Source: an uncultured delta proteobacterium
GTDB taxonomy: Bacteria; Myxococcota; Myxococcia; Myxococcales; Myxococcaceae
NCBI GenBank assembly: GCA_963713045.1
Contig: CAVQKE010000004.1
Location: 224,001-288,000 of the forward strand
DNA: 64,000 bases
Direction: 5' to 3'
The translations under genes and the position numbers were made by a program. Shown here piece by piece: positions 1 through 10,684 of the stretch. Within the stretch, counting starts at the first letter, position 1. The number at the start of each line of letters is the position of its first letter. The notes beneath the pieces were generated by a model. The model searched no databases and was not told where the DNA came from. It saw only the letters and a list, made by a program, of their open reading frames with translations.

Positions 1-522
1 AAAGTTGGCCGAATAGACGTCGCCGAAGACGAGGTCCACCACCGCCCAAAGCTCGTCGTTTTGTTGGAATTGGACGTAGTGCAACGCTTCATGGCAGGCG
101 ATGTCGGGAATGCCGTTGGTGCCGAAGTCGAACAAGTCAAACAGCTCCAGCATCATGTGGCTGGCCAGCACCATTTGCGGAGGCAGCCCCAAGAAGGGCG
201 GCTGGACGTAGGCGTTGTCGAAGTTGGCGGTGGTCAGGTACACCACCAACCGCGCACGCGGCTCCTTGGACAGCGTCAAGGTGCGCAGCTGGGCGACGCA
301 ATGTTCTACGCGTTGGGCCACCCGAAGTGCCTCGCCACGGCGGGCAGCCGGGTAGTACAGCTCAATCGACGCCGTTTCGAGCTTGCGCATCGGCTGCTGG
401 GCAAAGGAGGCCGTGACGGCTTGGGTAAAGCGGGGGTTGACACTCGCGCAGCCAGCGGCCAGGGCGGCGACGGCCAGACAGCACCATGCGGGGTGTGGGT
501 AGGCTCGCCTCGGCCGTGACAC
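1..522 (-). CDS. Putative lipoprotein with HExxH zinc-metallopeptidase motif (runs off the left edge, partial)
   Basis: Own translation (not in ORF track): GTG at 522 gives MSRPRRAYPHPAWCCLAVAALAAGC (lipobox LAAG-C) ... DIACHEALHYVQFQQ; frame open to position 1 with GC3-rich codons. Confidence 0.8.
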   Translation of the reverse strand, partial: MSRPRRAYPHPAWCCLAVAALAAGCASVNPRFTQAVTASFAQQPMRKLETASIELYYPAARRGEALRVAQRVEHCVAQLRTLTLSKEPRARLVVYLTTANFDNAYVQPPFLGLPPQMVLASHMMLELFDLFDFGTNGIPDIACHEALHYVQFQQNDELWAVVDLVFGDVYSANF

Positions 523-566
523 GCCCGTCTGCACGCGGCCCCCGTTCTACGCTATTGAGCCGACTC

Positions 567-1866
567 ATGGCCCGCCCTCCCTCGCACCTCGACGCAGCTC
601 TCGCCCAGCTGACCACCTCGCTTGCCGAGGCGGAGGGGAAGCCGCTGGACCCGCTGACGGCGCCCTGGCCGGACGTGGAGAAGGGCGTCATCAAACTGCT
701 GCGGGGCCCGTACCTTCCGGACCGTCCGGAGCACCAGCTGGTGGCGCTGGGCTTGGCTGCGGCTTTCGGGCAGCGCCTGGCCGAGTCGGACAAGGCCTTC
801 TGGTTTCCGATGCGGGAGTCGCCGGAGGGAGCCATGGTGGGGTTTCCCGAGGCGCTGTTGATGCTGTCGCCCTTCACCACCGTCACCGATGCGCTTCGTC
901 GAGCGCAGTTGGCGCGGCTGGACGACGTGACGAAGGACGTCCGCCGTGCGCTGGCCGAGGCCCGCTTCGCCCCGACGGCAACCGCACCGGTGCGGCTGTC
1001 CCCGGCGGATTACGCCCGGCTGTTTGACCCGTCCTTTCTGCAGTTTCTCGCCTTGGACAAACGCCGGCTGGACGAGTTGTGGGCCGCTCGCCCCGACCGT
1101 CTGGCGAGGGACCTCCGCGATGCGCTTGGTCGGGCCGGGACGCGCATTTCCGCGGAGTCGCGGACCCAGCTGGAACAACAGCTGGTGGGCGCCCTTGGCC
1201 GTCTGGACCCGGCCAAGACGCTGGGCGAGCAGCTGGCGCAGGCGCCCCGCTTGGGGGAGCTGTTGGTGGACCTCTTCGCCGCGACGCACCGAACGGGCTC
1301 GGCGCCGGATGAGTTTTGGGAGGATGCCGTCTTCCCGCTTCTCTTCATCGGCGTCCCAGACAGCTTCCCGCCGCTGGATGCCGAGGAGGTGCGCGCGGCG
1401 CAGCAGGGCGCCGACCCGCTGCTTCTCTTCCTCGACACGCTGCCCTACCGGCCGCCCGCCCCGCCGGAGAATGGCGTACTTGGGTGTCTTCGACGTGCAG
1501 CAGGTGGGCCTGGTGCACCCCGGCCTTGGGCGCACCGGCCTGCCTCGGCTCCTCACGGTGCCAAGCGGGCCGCTGCAGCGGCCGCTTCAGGCCTTCGACG
1601 CGCGCGCCCTGGATGAGGCGCTGAAGCGCTTCACCGCCTACTTGTCCGAGAAGGCCGGAAAGCCAGTCCAGGCCTCCGCGCCGGGCAAGCAAATGGAGGA
1701 GGCGGCAGTGGCGCTCCTCGGCGAATTGAAGACGCTGCTGGCGGCCGCCGGAAGCGACTCCACGCTTGCCATGCGCCGGTTGACGGAAGCCGAGGCCCTG
1801 TCCGATGGGGCCCTCGCTGCGGTGCGCCAGTCGCTGCAAGGGCCAAGAATTATTCTCGCGCCCTAG
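567..1866 (+). pseudogene. Hypothetical protein interrupted by a +1 frameshift near 1483 (possibly a sequencing error)
   Basis: ORF 486..1616 (ATG 567) reads protein-like to ...PPENGVLG; it continues in the 946..1866 frame as GVFDVQQVGLVHPGLG...GPRIILAP; removing one G from GGG 1482-1484 joins them. Confidence 0.7.
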
Positions 1867-2735
1867 CGTCGCTTGGGGCCGCGGCGACGCTTCTGCGTCG
1901 GGACCGGGCCCAGCAGCACGCGAAGCCGCAAGGCCGAAGGCCGCGGAAGGCGGTGGCCCAGTCGCTCCAAGGCGCGGCTGAAAAGCTGCCGGTACAGCCC
2001 AAGCACGTCCTCCGGAAGGGCGGCCAGGTGGGCCTCCACCACCTGGGCGTCCCCGCGCACCAGGGGGCCCGTCATCCCCCGCACCAGCCCTCGCAACTCA
2101 GCGCCCCCCAGGGCGGAGCGCATGAGGGGCAACAGCGCCCTTTCTGCCGAGCGCCTGTCAATGCCACCGGCTTCCCAGGTGGACACTGCGGCGTCGAGGA
2201 GGGCCACCAAGCCCCCGGCAGCCAGTGCGGCCCCGGCATGGTAGGCAGCGCGGCCTGTCTCCGGCACGCGCAAGGGGTGAAGGCCCAGGGCGTGGGCCAC
2301 GGCCAACAGCTGCGGCAACAGGGAGCGCGAGCGTGTGGCGACGGCCACCGCGTGGCCGGACAAGGGCGTGTCGGCGCCGGAGACGGCCACCAGGGGGTGG
2401 AAAGAACCGGTGGGGCGGCCGGCCGGTGTCAGGACGTCCAGCGTCAAGGCGCCGGCGCAGTGCACCAGGGCGGCCCCGGGCGAGAGGCCGGGAGCCACCG
2501 AAGCGGCCACGCTGGCGACAGCGGCGTCTGGGACGGTGAGGAAGCACAGCTGGGCGGCGCGCGTCTCGGCCTCGCTGGCCTCGCGGAGATGCAAGGCCTT
2601 GGCTTGACGCCGTCCGGAGGGAGAGCGCGTCCGGACGCGCACCTGCCAGCCGGCGCGCTGCAGCTGCGTGGCGAGGGCGCCGCCGAGGCGGCCGAGGCCA
2701 ACCACCAGGAGGCGCGGACGGGCGGGAGCAGCCAT
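1863..2735 (-). CDS. Rossmann-like plus DUF2520 domain protein (putative NAD(P)-dependent oxidoreductase)
   Basis: N-terminal GLGRLG dinucleotide-binding motif, LTVPD, HCAGA, SFHPL, YHAGA and TGPLVRGD...VEAHL, as in the DUF2520 family. Confidence 0.85.
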   Translation of the reverse strand: MAAPARPRLLVVGLGRLGGALATQLQRAGWQVRVRTRSPSGRRQAKALHLREASEAETRAAQLCFLTVPDAAVASVAASVAPGLSPGAALVHCAGALTLDVLTPAGRPTGSFHPLVAVSGADTPLSGHAVAVATRSRSLLPQLLAVAHALGLHPLRVPETGRAAYHAGAALAAGGLVALLDAAVSTWEAGGIDRRSAERALLPLMRSALGGAELRGLVRGMTGPLVRGDAQVVEAHLAALPEDVLGLYRQLFSRALERLGHRLPRPSALRLRVLLGPVPTQKRRRGPKRR

Positions 2736-2807
2736 GACCTACCTCAGGGGCTTCTAGCAGAGGTTGCTGCAGCGCCGCGGTCCGGGGGGGGAAGTGCTTT
2801 TCGGCGG

Positions 2808-5210
2808 TCAGCGTCCGACGTCGCGTCGGAAGGTGAGGGCGCCGTCCTTGGCGGACACCCGGATGCGGTCGCCCGGGCCGAAGTCGCCCTGCAGAATGGC
2901 CTCGGCCAAGGGGCCTTCCACCAGCCGTTCCACCGCCCGCCGCACCGGGCGGGCCCCCAACGTTGGGTCCAGGCCCGAGGCGAGAAGCACCTCCACCGCC
3001 CGCCCGTCGGCGGCAAAGGCAATGCCCCGTTCGCTGGCCAGCCTCCGGCTGCTCTCGTCCAAAAGCCGGTGGGCGATGCGGCCCAGCTCCGCCGGCTGCA
3101 AGGGGCGAAAGGCCAGGCGGTCGTCGAGGCGGTTCCACAGCTCCGGCGGGAGCGCCTTGCGCGCCGCCGCCACCGCGCCCTCGGCGTCTGAAGCGTCCGA
3201 GGGGGCGCCCCCGAAGCCGACGCGGGGACGGACGCTGCCAAAGGCCTGCGCCCCGAGGTTGGACGTCAGCACCACCACCGTGTTGGAGAAGTCCACCGAC
3301 CGACCGCGCCCGTCGGTAAGACGGCCCTCCTCCAAGACTTGTAGCAGCACCATCAACACGTCGGCGTGCGCCTTGTCCACCTCATCCAGCAGCACCACGG
3401 AACTGGGCCGACGGCGCACGGCTTCGGTGAGCTGGCCTCCGTCCTGGTAGCCGACGTAGCCGGCCGGCGCGCCCACCAGTCTGGCGGTGGCATGGGCCTC
3501 GGACATCTCACTCATGTCCAGCCGCACCAGCGCCTCGCGGCTGCCGAAAAGCACCTCGGCCAGCGCCCGTGCCATCTCCGTCTTCCCCACGCCGGTGGGG
3601 CCGAGGAAGAGGAAACTGCCCATCGGCCGACGGCTGGCGAAGCCGGCATAGTTGCGGCGGATGACTTTCGCGACGCGGTCCACCACCTCGGCGTGTCCCA
3701 CCACCCGGGCGCCGAGCTCCTCTTCGAGGCGCAGCAGGCGCGCCGAGTCCCCCACCAGCAACCGTTCGACGGGAAGGCCGGCAATTGCCGCCACCACCTG
3801 GGCGACGTCCGAGGCTTCCACCGTCCGCCGGCCGGCGCGGGCGCAGCGGGAGCCGGCCAAGTCGGCGACCGAAACGGCCTTGTCCGGCAGGAAGCGGTCG
3901 GTCACGTAGCGCGCAGCCAAGGAGGCGGCAGCCTCCACCGAGGCCCGGGTGTAGCTGACGCCATGGTGCTCTTCATAGCGGGGCAGAAGTCCGCTGAGGA
4001 TGTCCACCGTTTCGGCCACCGCCGGCTCGCGCACCACCACCGCGGTGAAGCGCCGCTCCAGGGCAGCGTCGTTGGAGAAGAAGCGGCGAAATTCGTCATG
4101 GGTGGTGGCCCCGATGCAGGGGAATTCGCCCCGTGCCAGGGCGGCCTTGAGGTCGTTCGCGGCGTCCTGGGCGCCCTCGCCGGTGGAGCCGGCGCCCACC
4201 AGGGTGTGGATTTCATCGATGAAGAGGACAACCCGTCCGGCGGCCCGTCGCATTTCTTCCTTCAGTCCGTTGAGGCGCTCGGAAAGGGAGCCCCGCAGGG
4301 AGGTGCCCGCCACCAGGTTGGCCGTCGACAGCTCCACCAGCAGTGTCTGGCCGAGACGGCCGGTGGCGCCCACCAGGCGTTGGGCGACGCCTTCCACCAC
4401 CGCCGTCTTCCCCACGCCTGGGTCTCCCACCAAGCAGGGATTGTTGGCCCGGCGCTTTCCAAGGACGTCGAGGACTTCGTCGATTTCCCGGCCGCGTCCC
4501 ACCACCGGGTCCAGCCGACCGGCGCGTGCCGCGGCGGTGAGGTTTCTGCCGAGCTGGGTGAGCAGGGGAAAGGCCTGTCGGTCGAGGCCGAAGCCATCCT
4601 CGGCGGAGGTGGGCACCACCCGAAGCACGGGAACTTCGGCGGTGCGCGAAAGGGGGGCCACGCTGGGTGGGGCTTCCTCCGGCTCAGCGTCCACCAGCGC
4701 GCGGGGGGAGAGTGGCGCCGGAGCAGGGTGGGCCAAAGCCACCGCCGTCGCCGGACGGGCGGCCGACAGCGGGGGGCTGGCTGCCACCGGGACGCGCTGC
4801 AGCAGCTTGCGCGGCATGCGGCCGCTCAAAAAGTAGGAGAGGGCGGTGTTGCGCAGCTGCATCAAGTCCAACCGCGCCGCGCCGAGCAGCGTCTGGGCCG
4901 CACACCGGACGCGGGTGACGGCAATCAGGAGGTGGAGGCAGTCAACTTCGGCCGAGCCGCAGTGCCGGGCAATGTCCTGGGCCCGCGCGCGGACTTCAGT
5001 CAGCGTCCCATCCGCCTCGCTGGGGGTGCCATTTAGCTTGGCGAGAAGTTCATCCTCGTCCACCCCGCGCTCCCGGAGGAGTCGCGCTCCGGGGTTGTCG
5101 ACGGTGAAAAGGGCCAGGACCACGTGGGCCGACGTCAGTTTTTGACTGACGGCCTGGGCGATGTCTTCCGCCTCGGCGAGCACCTGTCCCAAGTCGCTGC
5201 TGTCGACCAT
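2808..5210 (-). CDS. ATP-dependent Clp protease ATP-binding subunit (ClpA/ClpC family, two AAA+ modules)
   Basis: Clp N-domain; NBD1 GDPGVGKT and LFIDEIH; RFLPDKA; NBD2 GPTGVGKT and LLDEVDKAH; VGF loop; GARPVRR. Confidence 0.95.
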   Translation of the reverse strand: MVDSSDLGQVLAEAEDIAQAVSQKLTSAHVVLALFTVDNPGARLLRERGVDEDELLAKLNGTPSEADGTLTEVRARAQDIARHCGSAEVDCLHLLIAVTRVRCAAQTLLGAARLDLMQLRNTALSYFLSGRMPRKLLQRVPVAASPPLSAARPATAVALAHPAPAPLSPRALVDAEPEEAPPSVAPLSRTAEVPVLRVVPTSAEDGFGLDRQAFPLLTQLGRNLTAAARAGRLDPVVGRGREIDEVLDVLGKRRANNPCLVGDPGVGKTAVVEGVAQRLVGATGRLGQTLLVELSTANLVAGTSLRGSLSERLNGLKEEMRRAAGRVVLFIDEIHTLVGAGSTGEGAQDAANDLKAALARGEFPCIGATTHDEFRRFFSNDAALERRFTAVVVREPAVAETVDILSGLLPRYEEHHGVSYTRASVEAAASLAARYVTDRFLPDKAVSVADLAGSRCARAGRRTVEASDVAQVVAAIAGLPVERLLVGDSARLLRLEEELGARVVGHAEVVDRVAKVIRRNYAGFASRRPMGSFLFLGPTGVGKTEMARALAEVLFGSREALVRLDMSEMSEAHATARLVGAPAGYVGYQDGGQLTEAVRRRPSSVVLLDEVDKAHADVLMVLLQVLEEGRLTDGRGRSVDFSNTVVVLTSNLGAQAFGSVRPRVGFGGAPSDASDAEGAVAAARKALPPELWNRLDDRLAFRPLQPAELGRIAHRLLDESSRRLASERGIAFAADGRAVEVLLASGLDPTLGARPVRRAVERLVEGPLAEAILQGDFGPGDRIRVSAKDGALTFRRDVGR

Positions 5211-5421
5211 CCCTGGACGGTCCTCCCCGCGCCTGGCGCGCGACGTGTGGGCGCCCGGGGCCGGTCGCAGCCCATGGGCCTCTTTTGTCGTTTACCCTGG
5301 GGGTGCTCCCTCCGCAAAAATTCTGCTACAGAGCGCAACACCGCAATTTTCGGCCCTTCGGGCGGGCTTGCTCCCACGGCTGGCAATCACTCTCAACTCT
5401 GCTCGTAATTCGCGGCGCGCG

Positions 5422-6126
5422 ATGGCACTGCTGCTGACCAAGGTACTGACGGACCCTGCAGAGGGCGTCCCAGCGGCCATCGAGGCCAGGCGGGCACTGT
5501 GGCCGGTGGTGCTGTTGTCGGTCGCCACCGCCTTCGCCGGTGCGTGTTTTGCGGTGCGTTGGAACGCCGCGCCCTCCATCCTCCAGGGGCTGGAGTCCAG
5601 CGGGCAGCTGAAGGGCATGCCGGAGGCGGACATCGCCGAGCAAATCCAGCAGGCCGAGCGGCTCAAGTTGGTGACGGGCATCGCTGGCGGGTTGGTTCTC
5701 CCGGCGCTGATGGTGCTCGGCATTGCCCTGGTGCTGGCGTTGCTCGCCTGGCTGCTGGGGAGGAAGGGCCCCTTCAACGGCTTCTTCACGGCAGCGGCGG
5801 TGGGGATGTTACCCGTTGCTTTGGCCAAGTTTCTTTACGGGCTGATGGCATTGGTGCAGTCGTCTGTCAGCGAGGACCGAGCGGGAAGCCTGCTTCCTTC
5901 CTCTCTGGCCTCCGTCTTCCATCCGCAGTCCCCCAAGCTCATGCGCCTTCTTTCCTCACTCGACCTCTTTCACCTCTGGGCCGCGCTGCTGGTGGGCATC
6001 GGCTTTGCTGCGGTGGTTGGCATGAAGCGGCGACAGGGCCTCTTAGTAGGGGCCGCGTTGTTCCTCGCCCAGCTGGGCGTCTTCGGCATTGGGCTGCCGG
6101 GCCTCACCGCGGGAGGTGGCAAGTGA
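5422..6126 (+). CDS. Yip1 family membrane protein
   Basis: ATG 5422; about five hydrophobic segments; LDLFHLWAALLVGIGFAAV resembles the bacterial Yip1 C-terminal pattern; first gene of the exporter operon. Confidence 0.75.
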   Translation: MALLLTKVLTDPAEGVPAAIEARRALWPVVLLSVATAFAGACFAVRWNAAPSILQGLESSGQLKGMPEADIAEQIQQAERLKLVTGIAGGLVLPALMVLGIALVLALLAWLLGRKGPFNGFFTAAAVGMLPVALAKFLYGLMALVQSSVSEDRAGSLLPSSLASVFHPQSPKLMRLLSSLDLFHLWAALLVGIGFAAVVGMKRRQGLLVGAALFLAQLGVFGIGLPGLTAGGGK

Positions 6127-7440
6127 CGGGCTTGCTACTGTCCTTTGTTTTGGCCGCCACCCCCATCACGCTCGAGCAAGTCCGGAAGGAGGCACGCAAC
6201 AACCTGGCTGCCCTCCAGGCCGAGCTGACCTGGCTCGAGCAGTATGAGACGGTTGCCCAGCAGCGCGGCAACCTGTTGCCGCAGATTGCCCTCCAGGCTG
6301 GCGCCACGCGCTACTGGTACGGGCCGACGCCGGCGCGGACGGTGCCTTCGGGGACGGGCGCGCCCATCCCCATTCCAGCAACGCCGGGGCAATGGTCCAA
6401 CCTGTTTTCTCTGGGTGCCAACCTGCAGCAGGTCATCATCAACGCCACCCAGTGGTACCAGTTGATTCAGGCGGGACAGCTGGAGCGTGCAAACAAGGGG
6501 CTGGCCGAGGACCAAGAAGACGCCTCGGAGCTGGAGGCCATCCGCCGCTTCTACGTCCTTCTCACCGCCCAGCGAAACCAGAGCGTCCTGGAGGAGACGG
6601 CCCGAAAGAGTAAGGAGTTGTGGGACCGAGCCGAGGCGCTGTACCAGGCCGGCAAAGGCATCAAGGGGGACGCCCTGGCAGCCGAAGTCAACTATGGCAC
6701 CGACCGCAACAACGCCATCCAACAGCACATCGCGGTGGTGCAAGCGCAAGCCGATTTGGCCTCCTGGCTGGGACATCAGGAAACCGACGACTTGGTGGCG
6801 GTCGAACCGCAAGGAATTCGGCGAGAAGCCTCCGGTACCACCGGGCCTGGACCAGGCCTTGGAAGTCGCCAAAACCTCACGGGCGATTCTGCGGGCGGAC
6901 CAGGCGCAAATCGACGCCGCGCAAAGCAACGTCACCATCCAGCAGTCCGCTCTCTTCCCCCGCCTGACGGGCAGCATCAACTGGTCGCGCACCGCCAACG
7001 ACTTTGGCACCGTCTTCAGCGACTTTAGCCAGTACAACACCTTCAGCGGCCAGCTGGTCCTCACCTGGAACGTCTTCGACGGAATGACAACCTTCGCCAA
7101 CTCCCGTCTGGCCGAAGCGCAGCGGCGGGGCTTCGAAGTCGCCTTGCACCAGGCCGAGCTGGACGTGGCTGGGCAAGTCCGCACGGCGCTCGACCAGCTT
7201 TCCAATCAGGAGCAGGCCTTGGTGGTGTTGGTGGACAACCGTGAAACGGCGCAGAAAAACCTCGACTACTTTCAAGAGCGCTTCAACGCCGGCGCGAGCA
7301 ACACCCTGGACGTGCGTGACGCGCAGGTGAAGCTGCTCTCCGCCGACCTGAGTTTGATTCAGACGCGGGCCAACTTGGAGAACGCCAAGGCCAACCTGGC
7401 GCGGGCGATGGGAACTCTCAGCACTGGAGCGAAGCCATGA
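6123..7440 (+). pseudogene. TolC-family outer membrane efflux protein with a +1 frameshift near 6810 (possibly a sequencing error)
   Basis: GTG 6123 overlaps the Yip1 stop; signal peptide then PITLEQVRKEARNN...LLPQIALQ in frame 5499; second OEP repeat (LFPRLTGS, WNVFDG, ERFNAGASNTLDVRDAQ) in frame 6487. Confidence 0.85.
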
Positions 7441-8717
7441 GGTGGTGGAAAGGGTTGATTTTGGGCCTGTTGGCGGTGGTCGTGGTGGGCATCACCATCG
7501 CCGGGCTGAGGGACCGTCCGCCCCCTTCGGTCGAGGTGCAGACGGCCAAGGCCCACAAGTCCACCATCTCGCGGGTGGTGGTGGGGGCAGGAAAAATCGA
7601 GTCGGTGACGACGGTCAAAATCTCCTCCAACCTTTCCGGGGACCTGCTTCAGCGCTTCGTCAAGGACGGCGACCCGGTCAAGAAGGGCCAGGTGCTGGCC
7701 AAAATCGACGCCGCGCCCTTCCTGGCACAGGCCAAGCAGGCGCTGGCCTCGGCCAACGCTGCCAAGAGCGACATCGTCAGCGCCCAGGTGGACGTCGACC
7801 GCTACACCAACGAGTTGAAGCGGACCGAGACGCTGGCGAAAAAAGGCATGTCGTCCACGGCCGAGCTGGACTTGGCGAAATCCAACTACGAGGGCGCGGT
7901 GGCGCGCCTCAGTTCCGCTCGCGAGAGGTACGCCAGCAGCGTGGCGATGTATGAACAGAACCAAACCAACGTGGCCCGGACCGAGCTCCGCTCTCCCATC
8001 GACGGCAACGTCATTGAACTTTCCCGTGAGGTGGGAGAACGCGTCCGCGGCTCGGACTTCAGCGAGGACACGGTGATGACAGTGGCCGCCCTCAACAACA
8101 TGGAAGTGAAGATTGAGGTCGGCGAGCATGAGGTGGTGTTCCTCAAGCCCGGCCAGCGCGCGGAGCTCAGCGTCGATGCGCTGGAAGGGCAAACCTTCGA
8201 AGGCGCGGTGGTGGAAATTGCCCAGAAGGCGCTCATCAAAAACCCGGGCACCGAGTCCGAAGTCACCACCTTCCCGGTGAAGGTGCTGCTCGACAACCGT
8301 CCAGCGGGCGTGCTTTCGGGAATGTCGGCGGAAGTCCGCATCACCGCGGAAACCCGAAACGACGCGGTCATCGTCCCCATCCAGGCGGTCACCGTCCGTC
8401 CCGAGAAGCAGCTTCCTGACGCCAAGACCGCCGTCGAGGCGAATACCACCCTCGCCGCTCCCAAGCGCAGCCGCGAGACATTGGCCAAAGTGGTCTTCGT
8501 GGTGGATTCAGACAACAAGGCGCACATCCGACGGGTCCGCACTGGGATTGCCTCGGACACCGACTTGGAAATTCTCGAGGGTCTGCAGGACGGCGAGCGA
8601 GTCGTCGAGGGGCCGTTCCGGACGGTTTCCAAGGAGTTGAAGGACGGCGACCACCTGAAAGAGATGCAGCCCGGCACCCCCGGCGCGGCCGGTGCGCGTC
8701 CGCCGGCACAGGGCTAG
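7437..8717 (+). CDS. Efflux transporter periplasmic adaptor subunit (MacA-like membrane fusion protein)
   Basis: N-terminal TM anchor, VKDGDPVKKGQVLAKID lipoyl half-motif, ELRSPIDG, VIVPIQAV, EILEGLQDGERVV. Confidence 0.93.
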   Translation: MRWWKGLILGLLAVVVVGITIAGLRDRPPPSVEVQTAKAHKSTISRVVVGAGKIESVTTVKISSNLSGDLLQRFVKDGDPVKKGQVLAKIDAAPFLAQAKQALASANAAKSDIVSAQVDVDRYTNELKRTETLAKKGMSSTAELDLAKSNYEGAVARLSSARERYASSVAMYEQNQTNVARTELRSPIDGNVIELSREVGERVRGSDFSEDTVMTVAALNNMEVKIEVGEHEVVFLKPGQRAELSVDALEGQTFEGAVVEIAQKALIKNPGTESEVTTFPVKVLLDNRPAGVLSGMSAEVRITAETRNDAVIVPIQAVTVRPEKQLPDAKTAVEANTTLAAPKRSRETLAKVVFVVDSDNKAHIRRVRTGIASDTDLEILEGLQDGERVVEGPFRTVSKELKDGDHLKEMQPGTPGAAGARPPAQG

Positions 8718-8720
8718 GGC

Positions 8721-9458
8721 ATGCTGATTCAACTCCAGGACATCAAGCGCTACTACCGGGTCGGCTCCGAAGAAGTGCATGCCCTGGACGGTGTCTCCCT
8801 CTCCATCGGAAAGGGAGAGTGGACTTCCATCATCGGCCAGTCTGGCTCCGGCAAAAGCACGCTGATGAATGTCCTCGGCTGCCTCGACACGCCCACCGCC
8901 GGCCGGTACATCCTCAACGGCAAGGACGTCAGCGGGATGTCGGACAACGCGCTGGCCGACGTCCGCAACCGGGAGATTGGCTTCATCTTCCAGACATTTC
9001 AGCTGCTCCCGCGGGAGACCGCCCAGGCCAACGTCGAGCTACCGCTGGTGTACCGTGGCTTACGCTCGCGGGAACGCCACCAGCGAGCCGCCGCAGCACT
9101 GGACAAAGTCGGGCTGGCCAACCGAGTCCACCATCGCCCCAATGAATTGTCCGGTGGGCAACGCCAACGGGTGGCCATCGCCCGGGCCCTGGTGACCGAG
9201 CCGTCCTTGCTGTTGGCGGACGAGCCCACCGGAAACCTCGATTCGGCCACCGGCGAGGAGATTATTCGCCTCTTCGAGCAGCTGCACGCCGCGGGGCACA
9301 CCCTGGTGCTGGTCACCCATGAGCCGTCCATCGCCGCCCGCTGCCCACGGGCGGTCCGTTTGATGGACGGCAAGGTGGTGTCCGATGGACCTGGAGCGCA
9401 GGTGGCGCTCGAGAGTCGGGCAGAGCGCGCGCGGGCCGCTGCCGCCGCTGCCCCGTGA
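8721..9458 (+). CDS. ABC transporter ATP-binding protein (MacB/LolD-like)
   Basis: Walker A GQSGSGKS, signature [15 protein letters not shown], Walker [16 protein letters not shown]. Confidence 0.97.
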   Translation: MLIQLQDIKRYYRVGSEEVHALDGVSLSIGKGEWTSIIGQSGSGKSTLMNVLGCLDTPTAGRYILNGKDVSGMSDNALADVRNREIGFIFQTFQLLPRETAQANVELPLVYRGLRSRERHQRAAAALDKVGLANRVHHRPNELSGGQRQRVAIARALVTEPSLLLADEPTGNLDSATGEEIIRLFEQLHAAGHTLVLVTHEPSIAARCPRAVRLMDGKVVSDGPGAQVALESRAERARAAAAAAP

Positions 9459-10684
9459 AGCCCAGCACCGAACTCTACGAAGGTAGCCGACTGGCGGTCG
9501 GCTCCCTCCGCGCCAACCCGCTGCGGACCATTCTCACGGTGGCCGCGGTGGGCATCGGTGTGGCCACCCTGTTGGCCATCATCGCCATCATCCAGGGGCT
9601 GAATGCCTCCTTTGCTCGACAGCTGGCGAGCCTCGGCACCAGCACCCTCAACATCTCGCGCACGCCGCAGATTTCGATGGGACCGACTTGGTGGATGTAC
9701 CGCAACCGCAAGCAGCTGACGGTGGCGCAGATGCAGGCCATCGCCAGCCAGTCCCAGTTCGCGAGCTTCGTCGTTCCAGAGCTCAACGAGGAAGCCAAGG
9801 ACTTGAGTAGCCGGAAGGAAACCGCTTCCGGCGTCGACGTGACGGGGACTCTCGCCGAATTCCAGCGAATCGGCGGCTACGAAGTCACCCAAGGCCGCTT
9901 CATCACCGACGCCGACAGCGACAATGAGCGATTTGTGATGGTCCTCGGCTCGCAAGTGGCGGAAACCCTTTTCCCAGACCGGAGTCCGATTGGTGAGAAC
10001 GTCCGCCTGGACAACCGGCCGTACCGGGTGGTGGGGGTGCTCGCCCGCAAGGGCCAGCTGCTGGGGCAAAGCCTGGACCTGGTGGCCTTCGTCCCCTTCA
10101 AGAGTTTTTTGAGTGTCTACGGCAAGCGCGACTTTCAAATCGACGTCGCCGTCGATGACCCCAAGGACATGGACCGGGCGGAGGACGAAATTACCGGCAT
10201 CCTCCGGCGGGCGCGCAACGTGCCGGCGGACAAGCCGGAGGACTTCAGCATCTTTCGAGCCGAACAGCTGGCCGACACCTACCGCAGCCTGACCGGTGCG
10301 CTGTATGGGGTGGCGGTCGCGGTGGGCGTCATCACCCTCATCGTCGGCGGCATCGGCATCATGAACATCATGCTGGTCAGCGTGCGCGAGCGCACCCGAG
10401 AGATTGGCGTCCGACGGGCGCTGGGGGCACGCCGGCGCACCATCGTCATCCAATTCCTCCTCGAGGCCTCGACGGTGTCGGCGCTGGGGGGCGTGCTGGG
10501 GACGGCGCTGGGCCTTGGTCTGGCCAAGCTGGTGGCCAGTGTCACCAGCCTCACCGCGGCGGTGGAGCCGCTGACGGTGGTGGCCGGGGTGGGCTTCGCC
10601 GCCAGCGTGGGCCTGATTTTTGGAATCTGGCCGGCGGCCCGCGCCGCGCAGCTCGACCCGGTGGAGGCGTTGCGGCACGAATGA
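9455..10684 (+). CDS. ABC transporter permease (MacB/FtsX family)
   Basis: NPLRTILT, large periplasmic domain, [46 protein letters not shown]. Confidence 0.95.
   Translation: MKPSTELYEGSRLAVGSLRANPLRTILTVAAVGIGVATLLAIIAIIQGLNASFARQLASLGTSTLNISRTPQISMGPTWWMYRNRKQLTVAQMQAIASQSQFASFVVPELNEEAKDLSSRKETASGVDVTGTLAEFQRIGGYEVTQGRFITDADSDNERFVMVLGSQVAETLFPDRSPIGENVRLDNRPYRVVGVLARKGQLLGQSLDLVAFVPFKSFLSVYGKRDFQIDVAVDDPKDMDRAEDEITGILRRARNVPADKPEDFSIFRAEQLADTYRSLTGALYGVAVAVGVITLIVGGIGIMNIMLVSVRERTREIGVRRALGARRRTIVIQFLLEASTVSALGGVLGTALGLGLAKLVASVTSLTAAVEPLTVVAGVGFAASVGLIFGIWPAARAAQLDPVEALRHE

Noticed and set aside
5380..5406. Possible CIRCE heat-shock operator upstream of the Clp ATPase
   Set aside because: Only a partial left arm; no matching GAGTGCTAA-like right arm
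5274..5408. 44-aa Cys-containing ORF (MGLFCRLPWGCSLRK...SQLCS) upstream of Yip1 as a possible MNIO precursor peptide
   Set aside because: No SD sequence, AT-rich third positions unlike real genes here, and it occupies the divergent promoter region; only conservation or ribosome profiling could rescue it
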